64,000 nucleotides of DNA, taken from positions 51,336,001-51,400,000 of the forward strand of contig OZ076419.1 of assembly GCA_964187785.1 (NCBI GenBank). The letters are read 5' to 3'. Position numbers and translations under genes: made by a program. Shown here piece by piece: positions 49,632 to 63,299 of this stretch (position 1 is its first letter; each line of letters opens with the position of its first letter). Below the pieces are notes generated by a model that was not told the origin of the DNA, searched no databases, and worked only from the letters and a program-made list of their open reading frames with translations. This stretch comes from Amphiscolops sp. MND2022. Its lineage: Eukaryota.

Positions 49632-50699
49632 TAAAGACAGCTAATACCACATCCGATAACTCTAAAATCGCATTTTTCGTTCGATATGCTTCTGAAAAAA
49701 AAGAACAAGACAGGTACAAAAATTTTTCATACTTCGATCAGAATTAGAACGATTTTTTAGTTCTGAAATTAAATGAAAATTCAAAAGTTATATCATATAG
49801 TTTTTTGAACTTTATTACGCACCATCTCAGAATCCTGAAGAAAACTATCATTTTTATAGCTTTGGGAATGTTCGTTCTTCATATAGAACACTTTTTCTGG
49901 AAACTTTTTTTTCAAAAAAAGAACAGCCAGAAACAGTTGTAATTCCATATGTTCTAACTGGGTAAAAATTGATGAAATCGCGGTGTACATTCATTGGAAG
50001 AGCTTATGAGAAAAAGTTCTCAGGTCGAAATTAGGGATCTGAATCGGAAGTACGTCTCTTTCGCAAGCTTGCCTCTGGCTATTTCTGTTACGAACAACGT
50101 TTTCCAAGATTTTACATGATTTTGGAATAAGTGTTGAAACTTTAACAGTTTTTGTTTGAGACCAAACAGCTAAATTTTTGACTTATGTCTGACTCTCCAG
50201 AGCTTCAAAGAACTTGAATTTTTTTCAAATTACCTAATGAAGCATAAGAAAATTTTAAATGAAGTTGCTGTATTATTTCAAATGAAACAACAAAAAAACT
50301 GAAGAAGCTGAACAAGATTACAAAATAAAGTTTACTAAGCTGTCATGAGAAGTCAACACGCTTTCTTACTCAAAGACGGGTTCCACATGTAGCATGTTGA
50401 GATGAAAGTTGTGAGATAATTCAACAACTGTGAAATTGATAGGAGAAAAGAAAATTATAAAAGTTTTAAAACTGAAATAGAAGAAGCAGAACCTTCTACG
50501 AAAACTCAGGTTACGAAAACAGTCAACTCAGAAGGCGGAAAATATCCCGGTGCTCAGTGGGCGTCTTTTTAGTGGATGTTTTGTGAGTGCACATTTGAAT
50601 TTTTCCGTTTTTGCTAATCTTTCTGCTAATTCTCTAAGACAAAAATATTAGACTTCAGTGGTCACTCTGGGGGGTGGCTGCAGTTAATGATCCTAATTC

Positions 50700-53400
50700 C
50701 TTTCTCGATGAAAAAACATCTTCTACATAGTTTGAGGCGTTGTTGAAACCTGACAAGGCTGAGGTCATTGTTTGTCTCGGTTGTTGCTGTAGATGCTTCT
50801 TTTGTGATTTTGAGGAGCCTGTTAGATCCAGTGTGGTGCGCTTCCAATGTACACACTCGACGCGCAAACAAACGAGTTTGATGTGCAACTGGTATACAGA
50901 TTTTTGTGTTGAATGTTGTCCAATATCTTTCGACAACCAAGCAAAAACAAGTTGTCCCGACGATTGTGTTACGAAGTCGAGAGTGATAGGTGCTGTCCTT
51001 TTATTCTTTTGTTGTCAGGTAAATTGCATCTAGTCCCCTGTAGAGACTGCAAGCTGTGAGATGAGAAGGCAGTTTGTTTCTGACCTCAATCCGAAAACGA
51101 CTACGGGTAAAGCTGCTCTCCAGTCAGTTTTCGATGCTTAACGCGTTGAAGGGTTCAATAAAAGCGTTGAATTTTCTGTTACTTTGTGGGTAAATTTGAA
51201 GTAGAATGGATTTTACAAACTCCTAGAGTTTGAGAAAGTTACGGCGATAGTTAACTTTAAAATTGGGTGCCACCGTTGGTCGTGATGTACAATGGTACGC
51301 CGAAGCGAGAAAACCAGGATTTAAAGGAAACGTGGCACAATTTTTCGGCAGTGACGGAATGTACTGAGCGGGCTTCAATTGAAATTGTGCTGGTTTCGGT
51401 TGATGAAGTTAACGTGGTTATCGACATGTTGAATCGTTGATGATATGAAATGGTCCTACAATGTCCATGTGAAGGGACGATTTTCTTGACTTGGCGTGTT
51501 GGAGGATGTAAAGAGCGAGTCACTTTCATTTGTTGGCAATTGACCACGTGAAGCGGGCGCGGTTGATGTGAGACCTTCTATTGCCGTTGCTGAGACATAG
51601 GTTTTGAATATGGGTGATGATTTGAGAGCAGGAACGTTGGGCAGATTGGAACGCAGATGAATGCCTATGTCACATGTGATAGTTTTAATTCCGATTCGGA
51701 TCATCGTTTTCCGTGTAGGTACTGTTCTCGCAATTGCTGTTGAAAAAAAGTGTCTTGAAGGCTAGCATTTCGTTAGTGGTGATTAGATATTTTCCGATGT
51801 GAGGGCGTGTCATAAACGGTCTAATTCGCCTTGTACCTATTGGCATTTTTTGAAATTAACGCGTAGTCCAAATTTCTTGAGCCTGTTGAAGTAATCAGTT
51901 AGTGCACTGTTGTGATAAACCAACGTGTTGCTTGCCGACGAGTATATCAGCGACAGAAGGCGGAAAATCTTGCAATCCCTGACTTTGATGATGAACTTTA
52001 ACTGGTGTCCTTGAGGTCGAAAGGGTTGCGAAGAAAATCGAAGAGTCAAAACGGAGTCGTGGTGGCTGTCTTCACAATGTCGTTGTGCATGGGGATTTGA
52101 TGATTCGCTTTAATTAGTGTAGTATGATGATATGCTAGTCTCCACAAGGTCTCCATTCGATAGGGTCTTCTTCGGTACCAAAAAGTTTAGTAATGCATGA
52201 GTTTTTTGGTGGTCGGATGATTCTTAAGCGGTGGACTTCGTCAAATGATGATGTGGCTCATGATAGCTTTTCACGGCTAAGGTTTCGAAGCGTAAAATGA
52301 TTAGGCTGACTCGAGAACGTTGAATTGATGAGTGATATTTTGAATACAGCGTCTCGAAATAGTGATGAATGCTGTGCAATTGTATTTCTTAGGGCTGCAT
52401 CGGGTCTTTGTGACAGGTCCAGAGAAATGTTTAAAACAGGACTAGTGCCTCGATGGTGAATTTTTGCATGTTGAAGTGATTTTTTGACGTTCTTTTTACT
52501 GTTAAGTTGCGGTCGTTGATATTCAGGTCTTTCTCTGTCAAAAATTCAAGCTAGGTTGTTTTCGTCAACGTCGGCGGTGTATCAGGTGAAATTCTAGTTG
52601 CGTCGGAGGCAGAGTATGACGTATGTCAGCCTTATTTTTCCGTGAACGTTATTACATTCTCATTCTGTTCATTGTTCTGAGATTTCTTGAGCCGGTGAGG
52701 TGTATTCGTTGTTAGCGAGTGTTGTTTTGATAATGGCACCATAGACCCAGTGTCGACGATGAAACCATTCTCCTGCGATTTGATTGCAGTGGCAAAGCGG
52801 ATGCATATTGTGTCCTTGATCGTTACCAAGCACACGAATGGGAGTTTTTGTTTCCCTGTGGAACGGGTGATAGTGTGCGAGACAACAGTTCGATGTGTGG
52901 ACTTTGACGATTCACAACGACGCTTACACCGTTAGCCGGTGTAAGCAAAAACAAGTGAACGCCACAAACTTTGGTTCGTTGTCCGGGTGATAATGGCCAA
53001 TTATTTTTGTCATTCGTGTAGTTTTACTTGGTGTGGTTGCGACTGGCGAGCTTAGGACGAAGATGATAAGTGCTGTGTAGCGTAAACGTTTGGGCTATCC
53101 AGGAATGTGTTCTTCAAGTTGCTGTATGTGGCGTCGGCTAGCTTAGCGATCTTGTACGGTGGCAGATCGAAACACGCAAAAGAGTTGAATGCGTTGTGAT
53201 TAATATGGCTAAGGCAGTGTTTGATAACATTGATGTCCATTGTCAGATGCATTCAGAAGGCTTTCACTGGATGCCCTAGAGGCACACAGAGGGCTTTTGT
53301 TGATCCAGTGAAATTGTTTCAAATTCTTTTTCAGTTAGTTTCGTTTTGGACTTCTGGTACACTTGAGTTATGTTGTTGAGGCTGCTGTAATCTTCAATTT
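50700..53400 (-). pseudogene. Decayed Ty3/Gypsy gag-pol relic (Mag/CsRN1-like motifs)
   Basis: Protease FIVDTGSMV (~52750), RT ANHQIPMHNDIVKTATTTPF and LKKFGLRVNFKKC (~52100-51840), and integrase SWFSRFGVPLYITTNGGTQF (~51300). Many stops and deletions. Confidence 0.75.
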
Positions 53401-54782
53401 CTATGGGCGGAATTTTTGCGACGTCTTCTGTGATTGTTGCGAGATTCGTCTTCCTTGTTGCGTCATAGTGTTCTTTTTTTCGTGGTTTCTTACTTATCGT
53501 TCTCTTCTTACTTTTTTTTCGTTTTTTTCCTCCCGGGGAGTAGCATAAAAACTGAACAAGCTGAACTAGACAACATAATATAGTTGTACTAAGCTGTTGT
53601 CAACGGATAACTGACAAAGTGTCGAAACTACAAATCCACGTACCAGAGGTGTTAAGGACCTGATTCTTGCAGATAACTTTGTGATATCTTGGACCGTGAT
53701 GTATAACGGTCCCTGTTATGAATTTTGCTCCCGATTACTCCCTTTTCGGTCCTCTGGGTCTCTATTTTCCAATAGACTTGGCGATAAATACAATGGAGCA
53801 CGTGATTCGTCGACCTAGGTTTTTCGTCATCGTCATCGTTACACATTCTATGGCATTGTTTTTGTGTAATTTTTTTGGAAAAAAAGTTCTACGATCACGA
53901 ATATAAAGCATCTTTCACCAGCATCATAGGGACGATGTTTGTCCAGAATTCAAAATATTTGAAAGGTTTTTTTAGAGGGGGGTGGTTTAATAAACTCCCG
54001 TGTAAGGCTGACCCGTGCTCCGTGTAAAGTTGACATGTTTCTTCAAAATACATTGTAGATTACTTTTAATTTTCTTGGTTTTGAACACAGTGAACTCAAG
54101 ACGTTTTCACTGATTTCAGCAAGATCATTATCAGTTTCTCAACAATAGTTTGTTTCAGACCAACCAATGGGTTGCAAGAACAGCAAGTACCTTGCACAGG
54201 AACTCCAGGGGGTGCCACCAGGTAATAGTTGATATTAATTAACGTTTAACTTAGAAGGATCATGACTAAACAAATTTTAATCGGCTGTAAAATGTAAGAC
54301 GAAAAATGACCAAAAATAGTTTAGTTTCATCTGATCATTTTGTTAATTAACAAAAAGTACACTCGATTTTGACAAAAATGATCTTGAAGTGAATACTGAA
54401 AAGATCGGGTATCGCACTTTCTCTCGAATGCACAACAGTCAAACAAAGCAATGAAGAAGGAACAAATGGTGGCATTTTGCTCACTCTGCTGATATTAACT
54501 TCGGAGAACTAATGATTGTTAGCTATAACATTAACAGAATTATCACAGCATCAAATGCGTTGAAAAGTTTTTTTTTTCCAGTCAATTCTACTATTTGGTC
54601 GATGCTTCTTCAGTGAGTTTGGAGTAAAAGCTTTGCTCCACCAGAAAAAGCCGTTTCAGCAATGTCATCAATTGTAAACAGCCAGCAATGCTTTGAAGAC
54701 TCAGTATCGTAAATAGTCAGGTTCAAATTTACCGGAGGGATGGTTGAAGGTAAAAGCTTGCCTCCGGTCCTATGTGATTATC

Positions 54783-55205
54783 GGTGTCAGGACATTTCAT
54801 CCTATGCAATTTCAACCTATGCACTTCCAACCGTTGCCATTTCAACCGTTGACAATTTCAACCTATTGCATTTTCAACCTTCCGCAATTTCGATCTAAAC
54901 TAATTTTGGCTAATGGATCTTAATTAGTTATATGATTTTTTATAAGTGGTTTCATTTTTATACAATTCTAAATTCAAATGTGCTAATTTTTACGTCAGTT
55001 TTGATTCGTTTTGGCTCCTTCATGAATAATTACCAATAATTAAAGCGCTTTGATTTAATACTAACTATCGTACTGAAATAATACCTAAAACGAAACAGTT
55101 GTAATTAGCCAAAATTAGTATAGGTCGAAATTGCGGAAGGTTGAAAATGCAATAGGTTGAAATTGTCAACGGTTGAAATTGAATAGGACGAAATGTCATG
55201 TAACC
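54783..55205. mobile_element. Mutator/MULE-like non-autonomous element with long repeat-containing TIRs
   Basis: GG...CC ends. TIRs at 54783-54914 and 55104-55205 are built of TTTCAACC units. 9-bp flanks GTGATTATC/TTGATTATC match at 8 of 9 positions. Confidence 0.75.
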
Positions 55206-55974
55206 TTGATTATCCACTTTTCGTTCAGGTTGGATGCCGAAGTTTGACAGAAATTTTCTATCGAAAAATTTGAAAACATTTTTTTCGGAGCGAGGAAACA
55301 TAAATTTTTATGACTATCGCAAATCGGACCCTGCATTGGATCTTTACAACAGTTTTAGCAAAAACTCCGGGATCAGCACTCAAAAACTCATTAAAAACTG
55401 GATGCTGTAATCACCGCAAATAACTGAGAAAATTGGACATAACGTTCATTGGCATCTCCCGAGCACACATAACAAGACTGAGTACTAATCAACAAAAACA
55501 GCAATGATAAGAAACGAAACTTAATAAACGAAACGGAAAATGACATAAGTCCAATCAGCCCGAAAACAGGGGGTTCCAGTGGGCACTTAATTGGAAAGTT
55601 TACAATCTATTCATTTTCGGGATGTTGGTACTGCAGAAGATAAAAAGCACACTTGTTCTTCCAATTAAAAGGAGATGTACTCATGCAGTACTGTGGACTG
55701 ACTCATATACGGCCACGTTTTCACACCTAGTTGGTCCACGTATTTGTTTAAAAAGCTGGTTTTTCGTACGTTAGACTTTGTATTGGATTGTCATTTTAGT
55801 GGTTGCAGTTTCTGATGGCAGACAAAAAGAAGAGGCAGATTGCATTGATCGTTTTGAAAACCAACGTAATAACTTCTTTTCCTTTGTTTATAAACAGATA
55901 CTGCATCCATAATTTGGAGACACATCCCATATCGACTCCTACTGCTGTGAAACCCTAGCTTGAAACCTGATTAT

Positions 55975-56330
55975 TAGTCGGCGCTTTATGAAGTGAAACG
56001 TGACTACAACCGTGACTCTTAGTTTTTCAATCCTCACGAAGTGACCAAAATAGTTCTACCAAAAGTTCTACGAAATTTTAAAAGGTCAAATTGTAACATA
56101 GTTATTCCTTTTTAAGGGTAACATACAAAACCGGACAAGACCTAAGGTTCTCCCGTATCAACTTTTTCGGCACTGTGAAATTAAAAAAAAAACTTCAATG
56201 TCTCCAAAGGTCTCCCTTCAATTTTTCTGACAATTAGCAACAAAATGGATGTTGAATAATCAAGGCTCCCCTTATAGCGCGCCCAGAAATTGCGCAACGG
56301 AGTGATGTTCCTGATGGCGTTGGATGCCAG
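55975..56330 (+). repeat. Dispersed repeat family member (possibly Helentron-associated, DINE-1/HINE-like)
   Basis: Its 5' part (gtcggcg..gaagtgaaacg..gaccaaaatagttc) matches 60143 onward. Internal cccttcaatttt...gatggatgttgaa units are present. Confidence 0.5.
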
Positions 56331-56549
56331 CCTTTTGAGTCGAACGATTTGGGAGAGGAAGACCTTCGAATGACGAAGAAGCAACATGATAAAATCACGC
56401 AAACGGAGCCCACTTGGTTCGTAACCGATACCAATTCTATACCTCGCAATACACAAAATTTGGTTTCGTATTGACACTGTGTTTTTCATGTTTGAGGTTT
56501 AATAATGTCAATTCTGTCCATCGAAAAGTAAAAAAAACTTCAAAAGCTA

Positions 56550-57227
56550 CACTACGATACCAAAAATCTAAAGAAACTCGATTTGGCTAATGAAATATTT
56601 CAGAGCGCGAAATTTTGTAACTTATACATTTAACAAAAAGTCTCGGGTGCAAAAATTCTGATCAGCAATACAAAGAATAATTTTTGTTCTGAAATCGCAT
56701 CAAATTTATAAAAGTTATATAGCATTGTATTTTGTGAAATTTGGAAATTCTTTATTTGGAACTTTATTAGGCAGATTTTCAGAAGAAACTCCTGGTCAGA
56801 AGAATAACTGCCACTGCTATTTACTTTTCCTATTTAACAATCTTTTTGAAAACGCTTTCTTAAACAATGAATTTTTGTCGGAAACATATTTTTATATTGC
56901 ATTTTGTCATCATTTTGCGAAGTAAATTCACTAAAAGGGTATTTCAGAAAAAAATAATTTTCAAAGTTAGAGTCTTGAATAAAAAAAGTTCAGCTAAAAC
57001 ACGTCATGTTGAGAAGATCGATTCTCTAGATATTGCAATAAAAATTTCGAAAAAAAACCAGGAGTCAAAATTGACGGAGACATTCGTGCGCGTTTAAAAC
57101 AAAAATTGCCACTTTAATTTTGATTGAAATTTTGCTCCAATTATTTTTGTGTTTTTTGATTATGTGCAAACTTATTGCAAATTTGAGATTTAAAATCAAG
57201 TGTTTTTAGTGTTTTGGTATCCTTGTG
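56550..57227. mobile_element. Tc1/mariner-type MITE, degenerate
   Basis: TA flanks on both sides. Imperfect TIR cactacgataccaaaaatctaaag versus the reverse complement cacaaggataccaaaacactaaaa. Confidence 0.55.
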
Positions 57228-57599
57228 TATAATAGTTTAAGGTTTATCGAATTTGTAGCTAGCGCCTTAGCTTTCACTTGTATCGGTGAGATCGGAAACT
57301 CAATTGTTTTTCAAAGGGATGTGGATGAGTTGGTGTTTCAACAGACGAAATCATACTTCAAGCAAACAAGATACTCCTGGAACGACGATGTGCTGCAGCA
57401 AGAAGTGGAGCGTTCTTGCTCGGCTATAACTTACACTTCAAACCTTTCCATTCAACTTGGAGCCCCGAAAAGGTTACAAGAAGTTCTAGTGATGTTTTCT
57501 TTTTCCTCTCCCAAAAAATATTTCACAGCAGTTGTAAAACGGAAAAGGAAAACAAGCCTAAACATGAAAATTCTCACTTTTTTTGAAAGTTTTATGAGG

Positions 57600-57830
57600 T
57601 CTTCAAAGGGCCCCCTTCAATTTTTTTGATATTTTGCAGCAGAATGGATGTTGAAAAATCCCAAAGGGTCCTCTCTTTTAGCGCGCGAAGGACCCGCACT
57701 AGCGGGCCCCTGGCGAGCAGGTTCGATCCGGCTCTGGGTTTTTCCAGAGAAATTTTGACACTTTGAAGCCCGTTTGCTATTTTTGAACCTGAAGTGCGGC
57801 ACCGATCTTTGGCGTTCCCGGGATGTTTAG
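57600..57830 (+). repeat. 3' fragment of the same dispersed repeat family, with GC hairpin gacccgcactagcgggccc
   Basis: Shares gacactttgaag.cc.tttgctatttttga.cct...cgttcccgg..tgttt with 60630-60700. Confidence 0.55.
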
Positions 57831-57859
57831 TTTTTCAATTTCCAATGACAAACTAGACC

Positions 57860-58622
57860 AGATAGATCAACAGAGGGAAATCATCACAAGCAATACACTG
57901 TAACGACAAGCGCTGGCGCTGAACCGAAACTTAGAAGTGGAGGAACTAGAACTGTGAATATGATCCGGGACTTAGATCTCCACGGCCCTAGCTCATTTTC
58001 CCTCCAAGGGTGCCAGTCCCAAGGTGGGGGAACCGTCTTGTCGGACGCTCTCTGGCCTGGCCCTAGTCCGTAACTGCTAAAAATAACAGGCATCTTCCTT
58101 GGGATAAAGACCACTGCTTAATTAGCCTCTAAAAAGGGGGCCGAAAAACTGAATTAGTGTTGAGCCAACGTTTAGGGAAATCTGACAAATCGCCAATGAA
58201 CAGTAGCACAGATGGTATTTAGACAGCTCTCGAGCATATCAATCTAAACTGCAATAAATATATCAAATACAACAGTTTGAGTCCGTTCTTCGTGGAAAAA
58301 GGCCAGAAGGGATACCCAGCGCTCGAGCTGGTCACCACAGAACACCACAGGGATCTTCAGGCAGACATCTGCATTCACGGGTTTCTGCTACCAAAGTAAA
58401 GAAATCTTGTCGGAGATGTGCACAATTCGGTGAAAAATGTCAGAATAGCTGTACTAGCTGCTGGTACTGCCGTTTTTCGCTCTTGCTCTCGCGGGCGGCG
58501 TCTCGTCTCTTTTTGAGACTGATTTCTGGCAGGTACATCACCGCAAACATGCTCAAGCTGCCATGTCAGATTTGAACGAATTTTTGACAAAATTTCTGAA
58601 CATACCAGAGGGTCACGTTACA
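57860..58622 (-). mobile_element. Possible 5' LTR (~58340-58622) plus PBS-like TGGTGACCAGC and truncated leader of an LTR element
   Basis: The minus strand starts TGTAAC at 58622, and TGGTGACCAGC lies at 58337-58327. No clean CA end and no partner LTR were found. Confidence 0.3.
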
Positions 58623-59139
58623 CTCTGTCTGATTGGTCGTCTGACTTGTCGTCTGATTGGTCGCTTTTCAGACTTCAAGCATCAATCAACGAACCACCCC
58701 AAGCTACAAAAAATTCAATGTGGAAAGTAAAAAAAATCAAAACAGCTCCATTGGAAGGTATTTGAACGAACTTTGAATGATCGATTTCATGAAATTGAAT
58801 TTTTCTCGAGCATAAAGTTCTATCGATCTCCGGTTGCATGAAGTTACGTTGAAGCCATTTGAGTCGATGCAATTTTTGAACTTGATCAGAGATGTCTCGG
58901 TTTGTCCTCTATCGACTTGGGCGCAGAACAATGTGTGCCTGACTTGTATCAAAAAACGAGCAAGACGGAACGTTTAAAGTCGGCGTTATATATAGGGCTC
59001 AAAAAGCGCAGTTTTTACAATATGCGTAAGACAATTTCATTGAAAACTCCTGTTTTTGAACCTTGGCCTCTTCTTAACTAAAACGAAGTATAGTTCGGAT
59101 ATAACGTCAAAAGTTGGGATATAGCGCTCTACCTCGGAT

Positions 59140-59420
59140 ATTATTAGAGGGAACTTCAATAAAATTGAAGGAGACCCTGTGGAGATAAAAAACAATTTTC
59201 GAAAAAAAAGTCGCACAGTTCCGAAAAAAGGGGGACCCTTTAGTCTCGCCCGGGTTTGTAGGTTACGTTAAAAAAGTAAACAAATGAAGAGAGGACCCTT
59301 TGCAATAACTTGGATGCGTTTCCCGGGTATTCAATTCGCTGAGCAGACTGAAAAAAATCGTCGCACTCGAGTGTGTCTTAGAGAAAAAACGAGTGACTGT
59401 AATCGTCGGGCTATTTTATT
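59140..59420 (-). repeat. Inverted fragment of the dispersed repeat family
   Basis: Reverse-orientation units (gaacttcaataaaattgaaggagaccct, ggggaccctttagtctcgcccgg, gagtgactgtaatcgtcggg). Confidence 0.45.
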
Positions 59421-60139
59421 CTAAAACGCCAACTAAAAAGAGAATAAAGAACCCCTATCGCCAGAAAAGTATTTATACGTTGTTACGCTACTGGTGGAAC
59501 CAAAGCGGTTGAAAGGGTTCACAAGACTCCAGCTATTGGAGTTACCTAATTTTGATACATTTTCCTTTGCTTAAAACTTCATCTTTTGAAGTAATATTTA
59601 GCAAAATAATCGAGAATTTTTGCATGAAACTTTCAAGGTGCATCCATCGGCTACAGCTCTAACGTCAATTACGAAGAATGGGAGCAAATTGAAAAAATGT
59701 AGTTGCAGAGTATGTTAAGATTGTTTTTTAAAAAAATAGAGTTTGGTAGATAAAAAGCAAGGATCCTCAAAAGAGCATGATGATTTCTAGGTGGGAAATG
59801 TAGGCTACATTTGATCAACCGATGCAGAGTAAGGTCCACAGCAAGATTTGAAAAACAAACATTGCAACTTTCAGGCACTCATGGGGAAAGTTTACGTTCA
59901 TTTCAGGGTAGCGAACCAACTGAGCAGTTCGTTTGATTTCCTGAATGGCCGTTCACGCGAGGATTCAAGAGTCGATAAAACTCCAAGCGATATCTTGCTG
60001 CACCCCAAACGAAAGACCCATTCGTTACCACTCATGTTGTTAGCTATTCCTTTACTGTTTCTAATTACTTGTTTGAAACGTCTGTGTACATTGAAATACA
60101 AACACTAACACCGTTGTGAGGTTTTCCTGACCTGCTTTT

Positions 60140-60700
60140 TTGTCGGCGGGTCTTGAAGTGAAACGCGACTGTACCAGTGACGTTTTTAAATCCACACGAA
60201 CTGACCAAAATAGTTCTACAAAGTTTTACGAAACATTTGGCACAGGGAACTGAATATAAAAGTTAATCTTTTTTCAGCGTATCATACAAAACTGTGCGAC
60301 ACTAAAAGCTCCCCCTTTCAGATTTTTTTGGCATTGCGAGACATTTTTCGATTTTTTTTCTCCGAAGGGTCCCTCCTTCAATTTCGTTGATGTTTTGCGA
60401 CAGAATGGATGACGAAAAAGCCCAAAGGCTTCCCCCTTCCAGTTTTTTGGTACTGTGAGATTTTTTTCGTAAACTTTTGATGTCTTCAAAAGGTCCCTTC
60501 AATGGTTTATTTTGAATGGATGTTATTAAACCCATTTTGGTCTCACATTTTACCGCACCGCTAGCAAGCCCTAGGTCCGCCAATTCAGTCCATTTTTTTT
60601 GTTTTGCGAGTATTGTAGAGGAGAATACTTGACACTTTGAAGTCCTTTTGCTATTTTTGAGCCTTAGATATGGCAATGGTTTATGACGTTCCCGGCTTGT
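60140..60700 (+). repeat. Near full-length member of the dispersed repeat family with internal ~50-bp minisatellite units
   Basis: Contains both the 5' motif seen at 55975 and the 3' motif seen at 57755-57830. Several aagggtcccttcaatttt-type units are present. Confidence 0.6.
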
Positions 60701-63299
60701 TTGTCAGAATGATTGAAAGGAATCGGCGTCCAATTAATTTTTTTTCTTTTTTTTACAATCGATTCTCCAGTTCAAATGTGTGCTCTGGTTTCACGTTTGT
60801 TTGTTTTTCTTACCCAAAAAGAACGTTGGTAAAGCATATAAATTTGCTTCAGGATGACATCGAAGACACATTCACTTATATCGCTAGACAGCATCGAGAC
60901 GAACCTTCGCGAGGGATCACAAAACACGGAAGTGCCAGATTCTCCACTTACTCGTTCCATGATAATGTTAGAGTAGGACTACTGTATAAAACACATACAC
61001 ACATATAAATACAAAACCCGTTAAAACAAAATCCGGTTAGGCCGGGTAATCAGTTTCAACAGGTACGAAAAGGCTCAAAAAGGTACTTTGTCATTGAACG
61101 TCAATTTCTCGTTCCAGACCTCGGAAATCAGCAGGAAGCAGGAATCCTACTAGAAGGAAGCCTACAAGGCTCGACAAAAGCAATAAAAAACATTCTAGGA
61201 CCCTCCCATAAGTTTTCCTAGATCCGGACCTAACAGGGCAAGAAAGCAGGAAAGAAATCTATTTTGACACAAAAATGAAGACATGTCCCTTGTGGGGTGC
61301 CATAAAAACTATTCTACATGTAACGTCAAGCTAGTAACGTACATACCAGAACTGAGACAGTGCTCAGGTTGCCTAGACAGAGACCATAGTCCTAAAGCTA
61401 ACCTAACCACTAGTTCTTAGTCTCTAAAGGTCTCCTAAGGGATTTTTCGTACTTCAAAGGAGACAACTCAAAGACACCCGTGGCAACCTGCCGGCACGCT
61501 CAAAGTCCGGAAACGTCCTACAAGCCTGTAAAAACGTTTCTTAAAGTTCCTGTATACTTCCGACGTCCACGAACAGTGTCTAGCTTGAATACATTGAAGT
61601 TCTAAAAATACCGGAAAAGGACCTGCTAGATCCAGAAGCACCAAAAAACCTGTAAAAGACCATTAACAACACTAGAATCTTTCAGATAAAGTTCTTCTAG
61701 CAGTCTCAAGCAGATTTTGAGGTTTTCTGTTGAATCCATGAACAGGTGATACCTTTCTTCTGTGTCTTCCCAGGCATTTCTTGGTAGAGATGGCAAAAAA
61801 CGGTGTTTTTCTGACAACTCGCAGCATATGCAGGGTGTCTTTGGGTGTTGCGGATACGGTGTACGGGTTGCGACTGTGTTTGTTGGTTTTTTTCTGTCTT
61901 CACTTCGATTTCAGGGACCTGCCACGTTCGCCATCTTGATTTTGAAGATGATCGCACGAATTTTCTGTAGCATCGCTTGCTGAACATTGCATTCTCCCCG
62001 AACCTTAGTTTGACGTCCTCGGCAAACGAGAGAGAATGATACATACCCAGGGGAAATTAGCAACAACATTTTGGCTATTCTCCTAATTCTCGATTATTAC
62101 AAAAAAGTCAAAAACGTTCATTAGCATCATTCAAAACGTTTTTTGCTCCAATTTTTAGCACTTGTATAGGACTTTTCGGGTAAAAACATTTCGATTAAAA
62201 TTTATCGTTTTCCATTCTACCATTCTACAGAGTCTAAGTAAAAAATCTTTTTTAGGATGGAATCTCACGCGGCACTCGCAAAGACTAATCTAATTCATGT
62301 ATGCACGATTTTCAATTTGATTTCGAGCAGGGAGATACCAAGTTGGGACCTACCTACTAAGTAGTACTACAAAATGGGCAATAGCACTTTAAGGGAATAA
62401 AGCATAATCTTGAAAGAGCGTGGCAATGCATGTCGAAAAAAACTGCAACTTGAATAGCACCAAAATGGAAACAAATTACATAAATCATCGAAACAAATCA
62501 CCAAGGAGTGTCCATTCAGCCTGTTGACTTCTGATGTGCGGTTTGGATCCAATTCAGTCACCGAGTTCTTCTTCAATTCTGAAACTCTATTCCTGTTAAA
62601 TTCAATTGTACAAAGGTTAGGCAGAACAAGCATTTCAAAAACCGATTACCGTGGAACTGGAACATATGACATCAGTCAGACAACAAACACGGAAATGCGC
62701 TTGGAACTAGTCGCTCTATTGGAAAATTTCAGTTATCAAAGGCTGTGTCAATTGTTGCGATCCTGGTGTTTCGAAGACCACTGTGATTGAATTCATAATC
62801 ATCTCCTGTCATGTACGGTTTCACCATCGTTCAGCAGCTGACGGTAATTAGTTGTGAATGGTCTGAAGATGAATATCACGATTTGTTGTCATTATCACTC
62901 GAACACGCTTCGCCCGAAATGTTGAATGGTCAAACTCCCAACAAATTAAACGGTAATGCACTGTGTACAGGCAAGAAATATTACTATACAGCAATAACAG
63001 GTAGCAACTGAGGTAGAATCAGAGGATGTATCTGGGATGCCACGCGAGGGCGAAGGAACAGAACTAAACTGAGAAAACATGCGACAATTAGTTTGAAACA
63101 ATGTTTCGAGTGAACTCAAACAAAATAAAATCCGACGCTGAGGAAACGATTGGTAAAACAACTTTGACAATCCTCATTTAACAGTTGGTAAAAACAATAC
63201 ATGAGATAAAAAGAAGCCCAGTGGCCTCACGATTGAATATTCCTGAAGTGATGATGGTGTTCAATCTAACTTGTGTTTTCGTTGCTACTGGTTACCGTC

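Noticed and set aside
57225-57629. 134-aa plus-strand ORF as a possible host exon
   Set aside because: It starts in a MITE end and finishes in a dispersed repeat. No recognisable domain or supported splice partners were found.
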